From positions 316,344 to 380,343 of IMG/VR virus record IMGVR_UViG_3300030102_006934: a stretch of DNA of 64,000 nt; one strand, 5' to 3'. Numbering within the stretch: the stretch's first letter is position 1; each line of letters opens with the position of its first letter. Made by a program: the position numbers and the translations under genes. Below the pieces are notes generated by a model. That model was not told the origin of the DNA. It saw only the letters and a list, made by a program, of their open reading frames with translations, and searched no databases. Shown here piece after piece: positions 29,113-38,053 of the stretch.

Positions 29113-29877
29113 ATGAAAAACTTAATCAAAAAAATATTAAAAGAAGATTTTAATCCTGAAGATTTTGAATGGGTTAGAGAGATAGACCCATTGAACACCT
29201 TCAAGGAGTGGGTAGAATCAACTAGTTTAATAAAAAAAAATAATCCTAGTGGAAAAACTGATAGACAATGGTTGAACCACATAGAAAGGACTAAAAATTG
29301 GGTTGAAGATTTTACAGATGAAACACATACATTATTAGAATATGTAGAAAATTTAAACAGTTCAGCTGGTTTAGAACACACAAAAGATATGCTTGGTGCG
29401 ATACATGATTATATAGGCACTGAAGATGGAAATAGTGAAGGTTATTATGTTGGTACTTATAGAGAAGGGGAAAGATATTTATGGATGTTTTTAAAATATT
29501 TTAGTCCATACGGTGAAAAATATAATCTAACACTAAAAGAGTTATTAGACATATCACATAAGTATTTTGAAAGTCGTGTTGACGCTGATATAGAAAAGTC
29601 AGAGTCATTAAGAGAATATAATGAAATTGAAAAAAGAAGTACCACTGAAATCACAATATCTTTATTAAATGAGGCAGCTGACCATTTCGCTAAAGGTTTA
29701 AGGTTAATTGAATCGGCGACACAATTTGCTTATGACTCAAACAACGAAGATTTAATTAGAGATTTGGAAGAACTAAGGATATCAATTCAAAGTGGGAGTG
29801 ATAAGATGTGGGTTGAAAACCCAAACAGTATGAATATTGTTAATCGTATTAATGATATAATCACTAAATATAGTTAA
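29113..29877 (+). CDS. xE-DFDW family protein
   Basis: MKNLIKKILKEDFNPEDFEWV. Confidence 0.8.
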   Translation: MKNLIKKILKEDFNPEDFEWVREIDPLNTFKEWVESTSLIKKNNPSGKTDRQWLNHIERTKNWVEDFTDETHTLLEYVENLNSSAGLEHTKDMLGAIHDYIGTEDGNSEGYYVGTYREGERYLWMFLKYFSPYGEKYNLTLKELLDISHKYFESRVDADIEKSESLREYNEIEKRSTTEITISLLNEAADHFAKGLRLIESATQFAYDSNNEDLIRDLEELRISIQSGSDKMWVENPNSMNIVNRINDIITKYS

Positions 29878-30444
29878 ATGAGAAAGTTAATTAAAAAGAT
29901 ATTGGTGGAATCTGATTGGGATTGGATTGAAAATGTTAAGTACGTAACATTGGAGTGGGGTGAAATACCAAAGAAAGGTGAAAAACTGATTTGTGTAGAT
30001 GGTTATATTAACACCGAAGAATTATCTTATTATATACAAGGTGCGGATGAAGATGTGTGTGATAAACTAAATGGGGGTCACGGATATTATCCAAAAAAAG
30101 AAATAATAGTAGAAAAAACTACTTTAGATGAGTGTACAAATGGTGGTAGTAGAGTCATAGTTTGGCCAAGAGTAACCCGAAGAATGCGTAATGAAAATGG
30201 TATTATGGGTGATGCGTTAGCGAGAATATCGACTCAACATAAAACGATTAATGAGTCTTACTTCGACTCCAATAAACTTTACAATAAAAGTTACATAGAC
30301 AGTGTTACCAAAAACGCTGATAGAAATATAAAACGAATTGTTAATAACCTAGAAGTGGTTAAATGTAAAGATAAAAATAATAACTCAACTGAGTGTGTTA
30401 GAATACCAGAAGTGGTATTTGTTTATATAAATGGTAGATATTAA
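29878..30444 (+). CDS. xE-DFDW family two-module protein
   Basis: ILVESDWDWI; internal INES. Confidence 0.8.
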   Translation: MRKLIKKILVESDWDWIENVKYVTLEWGEIPKKGEKLICVDGYINTEELSYYIQGADEDVCDKLNGGHGYYPKKEIIVEKTTLDECTNGGSRVIVWPRVTRRMRNENGIMGDALARISTQHKTINESYFDSNKLYNKSYIDSVTKNADRNIKRIVNNLEVVKCKDKNNNSTECVRIPEVVFVYINGRY

Positions 30445-30446
30445 AA

Positions 30447-30782
30447 ATGAAACATTTAATTAGAAAAATACTAAATGAAGGTGATTTTGATTGGGTAGAA
30501 GATTCAAAAAGTCCTAATATACCCTTAAAAGACATATCTGACTGGGTATATGAAACTAGATATAAAATTGCTCCAGTCATGCAAAGTATAGATGAATTCA
30601 AAAAACAAAACTTTATCAAAGGTGGGTCTAATAATTCGAATACCACTAATTCAGAAGTACTAGAAGACGTTTTATATTCTATCACACAAATAGGTACTGA
30701 AATAAGTAATATATATGATAGTCTTGAACAAATAGACGAAGAACTTCACTCATTAAGTTTTGTAATTGAAGATGATGAATAA
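30447..30782 (+). CDS. xE-DFDW family protein
   Basis: MKHLIRKILNEGDFDWV. Confidence 0.8.
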   Translation: MKHLIRKILNEGDFDWVEDSKSPNIPLKDISDWVYETRYKIAPVMQSIDEFKKQNFIKGGSNNSNTTNSEVLEDVLYSITQIGTEISNIYDSLEQIDEELHSLSFVIEDDE

Positions 30783-31473
30783 AAAAGACATATTATTGGA
30801 AATGGGTAGGTACGACTCCTTAACTAGAAGAATAAGTAATGATATTTTTAGTGAGATAAAAAAATCAGAAGGAAAACTAGGTATTACTCGTATAGAACTT
30901 CCTTGGGATACAAAGAAAATTCCGGCATATAATCACGAATCTGGTCTTGTTATAGAAGTAGCTCTAGTAATTAATAGAACTGAGGATACAATACTTTATG
31001 GTAATAGGGAATTACCTTATTATGTGTTTACTTATTTAGCTGATGAGGATTCTATAGTTGTAGAGGTTAGCTTAGACGAATTGTATGGTAAAAGTTTTTA
31101 TGAGGAGATTATCTACAAAATCAATGAAGATGTTAGACACGAAATAGAGCATTTACTACAAGAGATGGGTGTGGGTGACAGAGAGGGTCTAGATTTAAAA
31201 AATTCTTCTAATTATGAAACCACTTTCGACCACCATAAAGATAAAGGTGAAGTAGCGGCCCTAGTACATGGATTTTATCGTAGAGCTAAACTAGAGAAAA
31301 AACCAATAGACGTTATAATGTTAGAGGACTTGAATAAAGATATCTTGGATGGTAGAATAACAGTAGAAGAGGCAGATAAGTTAATACAACTATGGATTAA
31401 GTATTCAATGAATAATCTACCAAAAGCACAGTACACACCAAAAATTAAAAGACGTTTTATTTTCGAAAAGTAA
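30772..31473 (+). CDS. Leader-bearing protein with HExxH zincin-like motif
   Basis: ILLE-MG; RHEIEH followed by a downstream E (GEVAA). Confidence 0.7.
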   Translation: MMNKKDILLEMGRYDSLTRRISNDIFSEIKKSEGKLGITRIELPWDTKKIPAYNHESGLVIEVALVINRTEDTILYGNRELPYYVFTYLADEDSIVVEVSLDELYGKSFYEEIIYKINEDVRHEIEHLLQEMGVGDREGLDLKNSSNYETTFDHHKDKGEVAALVHGFYRRAKLEKKPIDVIMLEDLNKDILDGRITVEEADKLIQLWIKYSMNNLPKAQYTPKIKRRFIFEK

Positions 31474-31549
31474 TTTTAGGCTTTAATTTATTAAATAAAA
31501 ATACTATTATTTTAACAAATAAATTATTTAGTTTAAAAATAGTGTAATT

Positions 31550-31720
31550 ATGCCAAAATCAAGAAATAGAAAAAATCATAAGAAAAAAGTAGAAGCTAGA
31601 AGAAAAAGAATGGATGCCAAAAAAAGAACTATGGAGAATCAGTTCAGAAAAATGGTTGAGCAAAGAATGAAAGAAATGAATGCTAATAACGATGAAAGTA
31701 AAGAACAAGAAAATGTCTAA
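31550..31720 (+). CDS. Small basic protein; absent from the ORF track
   Basis: MPKSRNRKNHKKKVEARRKR..., 56 aa. Confidence 0.7.
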   Translation: MPKSRNRKNHKKKVEARRKRMDAKKRTMENQFRKMVEQRMKEMNANNDESKEQENV

Positions 31721-32351
31721 TAAAGAAAGTGATGTATTAGTTAGTGATTTAGTTTATGACGGTTATCATAAAATAGAAGAAGTAGTTAGAAACTACGAAG
31801 GTAAAGAAATAAAAACTGAAGTTTTAAAAAAAGGCCAAAATGTATCAGCTGTTGTGTACAATACTGAAAGTAAAGAGTACATTTTTATCGAAAAATACAA
31901 AGTATCTGCTGACGGTGTTACTGTTGAAATAATAAACGGTAACGTTGGTCAAAATGAAAAACCACAACAATCAATAAAAAGGTTGGTTACGGAGTTGACT
32001 GGTTATAAAGTAGAAACAGTAAAAGAAATAACTAACTATTACATGGACACCAATAATTCAGATGAGATTTGTTCTTTATACTATATTGAGGTTAATGAAT
32101 TAGTTGTGGATGATTTGGAGTTTGAGGATTATAAATTAATTAAAGTTGAAAAACTAGGTTTGGGTGGTAAGCTATTTGTAGAAGACCCTATGAACATGAT
32201 GAGTTTTAATACAGAAGAAGATAAAAAAGTAAAACCACCATATCAAACTATTGACGCAAAATCTTTAATAGCTGTTATGTGGGTTGAAAACAACAACATT
32301 TTAAAAGATGTTGCAGAACTTATAACTAACGCTAAAATAAGAAGTTTATGA
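31713..32351 (+). CDS. ADP-ribose pyrophosphatase (NudF)-like protein with a degenerate Nudix box
   Basis: VSAVVYN...IFIEKYK...VEIINGNV..NEKP...KRLVTELTGY. Confidence 0.7.
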   Translation: MSNKESDVLVSDLVYDGYHKIEEVVRNYEGKEIKTEVLKKGQNVSAVVYNTESKEYIFIEKYKVSADGVTVEIINGNVGQNEKPQQSIKRLVTELTGYKVETVKEITNYYMDTNNSDEICSLYYIEVNELVVDDLEFEDYKLIKVEKLGLGGKLFVEDPMNMMSFNTEEDKKVKPPYQTIDAKSLIAVMWVENNNILKDVAELITNAKIRSL

Positions 32352-32554
32352 TGAACGAAAAAATAGTGGATGCTTTAAGGACAAAGTATCAATACGACAT
32401 GAAAAAATCAGTATCTTTAATAGATTCTGAATTAAACAACCCAACCACTGAGACTATAATTAATGTAGACCGTTTAATTGGTGAGTTTTATGAAGCTAAA
32501 GAAAAAGCTTCCTACTTGGAGGCTATCATTAAGAATTTAAAGGGGGAAGAGTAA
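32348..32554 (+). CDS. Hypothetical protein
   Basis: 68 aa, translationally coupled. Confidence 0.7.
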   Translation: MMNEKIVDALRTKYQYDMKKSVSLIDSELNNPTTETIINVDRLIGEFYEAKEKASYLEAIIKNLKGEE

Positions 32555-33219
32555 TGACAAACAATCAAATATTTTTCAATATAGATACACAACAAGACTT
32601 TTTTGATAGGGAGTGTGTAGATATACCAAATGGGGAATCTGTTTTAGAAAATTTAAAATCAATTAGTAATTATTTAAGGGATAACCAAATTAAAACTATC
32701 CATACAATAAGATGGTTCATAGAGGATTCGGAATTCTTTTCTGAGATGCCAGATTATAAAACTAAATTCCCTAAACATTGTATTAAAGATACAAAAGGAT
32801 CTAGATTTATAAGTCAGACAGCACCTATAGGTTATTTTTTGATAAATTGGGAGGGTGGTGACTTAGTATTCCCAGAAATACACAGAAACACAAACATTGT
32901 GGTAACTAAAAAAAATACTGATTTATTTGGTGGTAACTCTTTTTCCGAAGCTTTAATAAATAATCTAGGAATTCCAATGATGCAAAGACCATCTTTTTAT
33001 CTGTACGGTGTTTCAGTTGGTTCCACAGCATTGTCACTATTAAGAAGAGGTTATTCAGTGACGGTCATTAGTGATGCCAATATAAACTTAGATGGACAAG
33101 TATTTAAAAAAGAGGATATAATAAATAGTACTATAAACCCAGAAACTGGTAAACAAGTAAATGAGGTGTTACCATTAAATTTTATAACAACAAAAGAGTT
33201 AATAGATGGAAATAAATAG
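32554..33219 (+). CDS. Isochorismatase/nicotinamidase-fold protein lacking the catalytic Cys
   Basis: NIDTQQDF, FPKHCIKDTKG, TKKNTDLF; YGVSVGSTA where GVATDYCV is expected. Confidence 0.75.
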   Translation: MTNNQIFFNIDTQQDFFDRECVDIPNGESVLENLKSISNYLRDNQIKTIHTIRWFIEDSEFFSEMPDYKTKFPKHCIKDTKGSRFISQTAPIGYFLINWEGGDLVFPEIHRNTNIVVTKKNTDLFGGNSFSEALINNLGIPMMQRPSFYLYGVSVGSTALSLLRRGYSVTVISDANINLDGQVFKKEDIINSTINPETGKQVNEVLPLNFITTKELIDGNK

Positions 33220-33829
33220 TGAATCAATAGAGAGATGGGGTTCGATAGGTTTGTTAGAGGGACTACCTATATGGGAGAAAAATGAGTTAGCCTTAATTTT
33301 AGATAACGCCACAAAAATATTGTTAGACCAAATTAAGAGAAAATCTTTAAGCGATGAATTTTTAGACATTTATGATAATGTGTACATCCCTATTTGTAGA
33401 AGATTATATAGAAGGGTTGGCCCTAGGTTTGACATTATTAAGATGATGGATAGATTGATGGATGATACGATACTTAATTTTGACTTACTTAAAGGGAAAG
33501 TTGAAAACAAAAAAAAGGAAAAACTAAGTCAAAAAGACCCAATAGTAGAGTTCTGTGTTAATTTTTCCGATTCTTACGAGGATGAAGAAACTCTTAAAAG
33601 TTTTTTATCAGAAGAAGATTATGAAAAAAAGGTAGATCTAATTTTAGAAAGAATGCGGTCTGTGTTATTAAATAATAGGAATGTTTTAAGTTTTAAGAAT
33701 ACTGGTACCGATTGGGATATAAAATTATCGGAAGAGAAAAGGTCAGTTAGTCATGTTAGGTTTTGGAATCAAAAAATGTCTAACTCTTTTCTACTACAAT
33801 CTCTATCAGATATAAACAAAGGTATATAA
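33206..33829 (+). CDS. Protein resembling the N-terminus of T4 gp23-type major capsid proteins
   Basis: RWGSIGLLEGL...LALILDNA...IPICRR. Confidence 0.55.
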   Translation: MEINSESIERWGSIGLLEGLPIWEKNELALILDNATKILLDQIKRKSLSDEFLDIYDNVYIPICRRLYRRVGPRFDIIKMMDRLMDDTILNFDLLKGKVENKKKEKLSQKDPIVEFCVNFSDSYEDEETLKSFLSEEDYEKKVDLILERMRSVLLNNRNVLSFKNTGTDWDIKLSEEKRSVSHVRFWNQKMSNSFLLQSLSDINKGI

Positions 33830-34314
33830 TGGAAAAGGCAGAGAGGTTAAAAAATCAAATTTTCTTTGATGATAGGGGTTCATTTAGTCCTCTATCACTT
33901 AATTTATTAGATAAAGTATGGGTTCAAAGTAATGTTAGTGTCAACCCCCAAAAATGGACTCTAAGAGGACTCCATTTCCAAAAGGGTTGGTACTCACAAG
34001 CTAAACTGATAAAAGTTATAAAAGGTGAGATATTGGACTTTGTGGTGGATTTAAGAGGCGATACCCCATCCAAAGTTGAGTTTTTTCAAATGTCTGAGGG
34101 TGATGAAATAATTGTCCCTAAAGGTTACGCCCATGGGTTTATCACTTTAGAAGATAATACTGTAGTACAATATTTAGTGGATAATGAGTACAACCCAAGT
34201 TCAGAAGGTAATATAGTGTGGACCAATTTCGAATCTATTTTGAATAAAATAAAAGAGGTTTCCCCAGAATTTGATGATTCTAAAGTGATAATTTCAAAAA
34301 AAGATTTAATTTAA
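33829..34314 (+). CDS. rmlC: dTDP-4-dehydrorhamnose 3,5-epimerase
   Basis: FFDDRGSF, TLRGLHFQ, QAKLIKV, VPKGYAHGF. Confidence 0.9.
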   Translation: MEKAERLKNQIFFDDRGSFSPLSLNLLDKVWVQSNVSVNPQKWTLRGLHFQKGWYSQAKLIKVIKGEILDFVVDLRGDTPSKVEFFQMSEGDEIIVPKGYAHGFITLEDNTVVQYLVDNEYNPSSEGNIVWTNFESILNKIKEVSPEFDDSKVIISKKDLI

Positions 34315-34326
34315 TCACAAAACCTG

Positions 34327-34355
34327 TTGACCATTTAAAATAAGTTTAGTAGTAT
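34327..34355 (+). promoter_or_regulatory. Sigma70-consensus-like promoter
   Basis: TTGACC-N17-TAGTAT. Confidence 0.65.
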
Positions 34356-34499
34356 TGTATTGTATTTAAACAGAGAAGTCTGAGAAAAAGAAAGAAGAGA
34401 AATTTTTTAAACTTGGTTATCGTGTTAAGTTAAAAAGTTGTAAACTTAATTATTGAAAAGAGACTTAATGTTTAAGGGGGTATAAAATCCCCCATATAA

Positions 34500-34571
34500 G
34501 CGGGTGTAGTTTAAAAGTAAAACATTTAACATCCAGTTAGAAGTTGGCGGTGCGAATCCGACCTACCCGCT
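34500..34571 (+). tRNA. Atypical tRNA-Gly(TCC)
   Basis: GCGGGTG/TACCCGC, U73; loop CATCCAG (A33); D-loop without GG; T-loop TGCGAAT; bulged A in T-stem. Confidence 0.8.
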
Positions 34572-34609
34572 CTAAAATTAAGAAAGACAGTTATACTGTC
34601 AAAATATAA

Positions 34610-34681
34610 GCGGATGTAGTTTAATGGTAAAACGTTTAACATCCAGTTAGAAGTTAGGAGTTCGATTCTCACTCATCCGCT
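34610..34681 (+). tRNA. Atypical tRNA-Gly(TCC)
   Basis: GCGGATG/CATCCGC, U73; loop CATCCAG (A33); bulged A in T-stem. Confidence 0.85.
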
Positions 34682-34846
34682 CAATTTAAAAAAAGATTAA
34701 CTCAATTAAAATGAGGAAAAAACATCTAACCAAAAAATACGCTAAGTTAATATCCTTTAGACTTTTAGCCACTGTAAAACATGTGGACTATGAGTGGTTG
34801 GAAAAAGTCCTTTCGGATTTAATAGACGCTTCAAATAAAAAGTAGT

Positions 34847-35071
34847 ATGATTAAAAAAAGAACTTTAAACGAATATAGACAAACAAAAGACTCGGTGTAT
34901 AAAGTTACAAATGGTAAGGACAATAGTCACCCAAAATACAAATCATTAGATAAACCATTACTCACTCAAGAAGATATGTCTGAGTTAATTGATTTAATTA
35001 GTAGTACACCTAATGATTGGGATTTAGGTCAAAGAATTAGAGAATATTTTATTAAAAAAACTCTAGTATAA
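34847..35071 (+). CDS. Hypothetical protein
   Basis: C-terminal STPNDWDLGQRIR. Confidence 0.7.
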   Translation: MIKKRTLNEYRQTKDSVYKVTNGKDNSHPKYKSLDKPLLTQEDMSELIDLISSTPNDWDLGQRIREYFIKKTLV

Positions 35072-35108
35072 TAAAAAAATAAGGTTCTAACCTTAAAAAA
35101 AAAATAGT

Positions 35109-35264
35109 ATGGATAAGATAAAGAAAATAGTTAACTCTTCTTGGTTTAGGTCAGCTTTAGCTGGTTTAGTTGCCGTAGGTTTGGTCATCAAGGGTGAGTT
35201 ATTTTACGCAGGTATCGCTATAGGTATTGGTGTTAGAGAATTCTTACTAGCATTTAAATCTTAG
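35109..35264 (+). CDS. Small two-TM membrane protein; absent from the ORF track
   Basis: MDKIKKIVNSSWFRSALAGLVAVGLVIKGELFYAGIAIGIGVREFLLAFKS. Confidence 0.65.
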   Translation: MDKIKKIVNSSWFRSALAGLVAVGLVIKGELFYAGIAIGIGVREFLLAFKS

Positions 35265-35357
35265 TATGAAAAGTAAATTAAAAAACCTTGTGATTACAAG
35301 GTTTTTTTTTTATTCCGTAAGGTTGATTTAATGGTTTTAATTTAATATCGTTATTTT

Positions 35358-35828
35358 ATGGACTATAAAAAGGGTGAAATAGTAAAGATTAGTGATGATA
35401 GGTTAGTTAAAATAATTAATTTACCAGGATCTTTTATGTCCAACGGATCTTATGAAGTTGTTGAATGGATAGATAATGGAGTGGGTGAGATAGGGAAACC
35501 TTTTTGGGTTAAACCAGAAAAAATCATGTACCCTATCAAAAAGGAAATGTTAGACGATATTAACCACTACTTTGAGGTTATATGGGATGAAGATGGTTTA
35601 AATTTAATACCCAAAAACTTCTCATTAATAGATATTGAGTCTGATAGAGACGACTTTAATAGAATTAAATTTACTTTTGAAGAAGGGAGAAAACATAAAA
35701 CTGTTAATATTCATGTGGGTGGTGTACCAATTAATGATAAAGACAAAATCACCACCAGACCCAAGAAGAAGAAAAGTAAAGTGAAAAAAATTATAAATGT
35801 TTTAAAAGAAAAAGAAGATGAAGTTTGA
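35358..35828 (+). CDS. Hypothetical protein
   Basis: 156-aa ORF. Confidence 0.7.
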   Translation: MDYKKGEIVKISDDRLVKIINLPGSFMSNGSYEVVEWIDNGVGEIGKPFWVKPEKIMYPIKKEMLDDINHYFEVIWDEDGLNLIPKNFSLIDIESDRDDFNRIKFTFEEGRKHKTVNIHVGGVPINDKDKITTRPKKKKSKVKKIINVLKEKEDEV

Positions 35829-36285
35829 AAAACCTTTTCACATTAAAATACAACCTTATTACAATATTAAAGAACCTACCACTGAAAGAGAAAATGCTGA
35901 GACTACTTTAAATGTTAGAGAGTTAGGTGGTATGACAACTACTACGGGTGAAAGACTAGAAGGACAAGAAGTTGAAATGATTAGAAGTGGTGGTAAAATG
36001 GATTGGAACCTTTTTAATGAGTCTAATGGTGGTAAACCCCAAAATAATCTCCATTTGATGCGTATTTGGACTCTACAGATGGTGACACAAATGGTTAATG
36101 AAAAGGCCTATACTAATGAGTTCCATAGTGAACCTAAATTTGGGGTATCTGAAGAAGATAAAAATATAGTTTTAAAAACAATCCGTAAAATGACTAATAT
36201 TTTAAACGATGAATTAGAAAAAACTAGTAATTCATTAATAACAAAAAAGAAAAATAAATTTAATTTTAGTGAAAATGTTGAATAA
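35818..36285 (+). CDS. Hypothetical protein
   Basis: 155-aa ORF, coupled. Confidence 0.7.
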   Translation: MKFEKPFHIKIQPYYNIKEPTTERENAETTLNVRELGGMTTTTGERLEGQEVEMIRSGGKMDWNLFNESNGGKPQNNLHLMRIWTLQMVTQMVNEKAYTNEFHSEPKFGVSEEDKNIVLKTIRKMTNILNDELEKTSNSLITKKKNKFNFSENVE

Positions 36286-36541
36286 AGAAAAAAAATTATA
36301 TGAGATAATATCGGACAATGGTTCCTATATCTATTTAGATGAGTTAAATAATGTTATCTATGATGCAGACTTTAAAGTTGTGTTAGGTAAAATAAGTGAT
36401 GAATTTAGGTTCATACCAAAGTCTAATACAGTTTTAGAACAAGGATTAACACCACAAATGTTAACTTTAATCTCTAATTTAATTAAAAAGAAGGCGGGTA
36501 TAGGTGAAAAAAGAGCTGAGTCTATTGAGGTAGAGGATTAA
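36275..36541 (+). CDS. Hypothetical protein
   Basis: ATG 36275, coupled. Confidence 0.65.
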   Translation: MLNKEKKLYEIISDNGSYIYLDELNNVIYDADFKVVLGKISDEFRFIPKSNTVLEQGLTPQMLTLISNLIKKKAGIGEKRAESIEVED

Positions 36542-36574
36542 AAACTTATTATAGTAACAACATATTTATATGGT

Positions 36575-37804
36575 ATGGGGTTAAGTTCTATAATAAAACA
36601 TTTTTTAACTGAAGTAGGTGGAATATCTATTGAGTCCAGAAAATGGGCTAAAATAATAGAAAAATATGTTTCAGATGTCTTAGAAAAACAAAGGGAAGAA
36701 CAGAAGAAAAATACACCTCAAAAGGGTTATGGGAAAGAAACAGATTACCCAGAAGATTTTGAAAGCTACTACGACTCTTACCCAACTCACTTTATAAATG
36801 ATGAGGGTCAAGAATATAATGTAGGATATGTCTACGGTTTGGAAATTATTGATTACGTAGATGAAGATATAAGAGATATTATAGAAAATGTTTTATTCGA
36901 AGTTGAGTTTGACTCTGATGGTTTGTTTATAGATGTCGTTAATTTTGAAATAGAGGAGTTGGAGCCGTTTTTTGGCCAAATTTATGGAGCCGTTGAAGAT
37001 TACATATTCGATGGTGGTCACTTTATTGATGATGATTACAACCAGTTAGAGGTCGTATACAACAAAAATGATCAATTTGATTATTTCTATGAGAGTAACT
37101 TAGAATTTTTTTCAACACCAAGCATAGAACAAATAGAAATAGAAGGTAAGTATTTTCCAGAAGCTTATAAAGATTTTAGTGTAGATAAATGGATTATAAA
37201 AAATTCTAATAGAATAGAATACGACCATAGGGAATCTGGTTACGATAAAGATGGTAATTATTTAGTTTATCTGAATATGCCATTATACTCTGTTGGTGGG
37301 TCAGCACTAAATCATGAGATAAAACACGCTTTCGATGATTGGAACAGAATTAGTAGAGGGGCTCAACCAATAAGGTCTAGTTGGGAAATTAAAAATATAT
37401 ATACACCAGATTTTGAGAAATTAATTTTAGGGGACTCCCGTAAATTTGGGAGTGTGTTATCTGAAATAATAAAAAAGTATTATATGGGATCTAAATTAGA
37501 AGTACCAGCTTACCTAGAAAGTGAGTTCGATGACCCAACAATGACCAATTATAAAGCCGTTGCTAAGGATATGATTAATTTTAAGGTTTCTAACTACCTA
37601 GATAAAGATGGTAATCCTATGGGACCTTTACAAGAAAATTGGTCTAATTTAATAGGTAATTATGATATCCCATTTTTTAAGAAGTTTCCAGATGTTTTAG
37701 AGTTTTTAAAGTATACTCAGAAACACTTCAATAAAAGAGGTGAATATATTTTAAAGAAAATAAATAAAATGAGTTATTTAAACGATAAAAACAAAAAAAA
37801 ATAA
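36575..37804 (+). CDS. Leader-bearing acidic protein with HExxH motif
   Basis: ATATTTAT at 36562; IIKHFLTE-V; LNHEIKH with downstream EVPAYL. Confidence 0.75.
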   Translation: MGLSSIIKHFLTEVGGISIESRKWAKIIEKYVSDVLEKQREEQKKNTPQKGYGKETDYPEDFESYYDSYPTHFINDEGQEYNVGYVYGLEIIDYVDEDIRDIIENVLFEVEFDSDGLFIDVVNFEIEELEPFFGQIYGAVEDYIFDGGHFIDDDYNQLEVVYNKNDQFDYFYESNLEFFSTPSIEQIEIEGKYFPEAYKDFSVDKWIIKNSNRIEYDHRESGYDKDGNYLVYLNMPLYSVGGSALNHEIKHAFDDWNRISRGAQPIRSSWEIKNIYTPDFEKLILGDSRKFGSVLSEIIKKYYMGSKLEVPAYLESEFDDPTMTNYKAVAKDMINFKVSNYLDKDGNPMGPLQENWSNLIGNYDIPFFKKFPDVLEFLKYTQKHFNKRGEYILKKINKMSYLNDKNKKK

Positions 37805-37851
37805 TTCACATTTTACTTTTCTTATATAGATTTTTTATCTACAATTAAAAT

Positions 37852-38046
37852 ATGAGAAATAGTTATATAATTAAAAAAATTATGGCGGATGCTAAGGGTG
37901 ATAAAAAACATGTATTACTTTTAGATTCACAGAATGAAGTTTTAGAGATGAAATCAATGAAAGAGGCTAATAAGTTAGTTGACATATTAAATTCAAATTC
38001 TGACAGTGGTTGGGTTTACGAAATAATGGAGATTAAAAATAAATGA
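37852..38046 (+). CDS. Hypothetical protein
   Basis: 64-aa ORF. Confidence 0.7.
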   Translation: MRNSYIIKKIMADAKGDKKHVLLLDSQNEVLEMKSMKEANKLVDILNSNSDSGWVYEIMEIKNK

Positions 38047-38053
38047 TTTTAAA

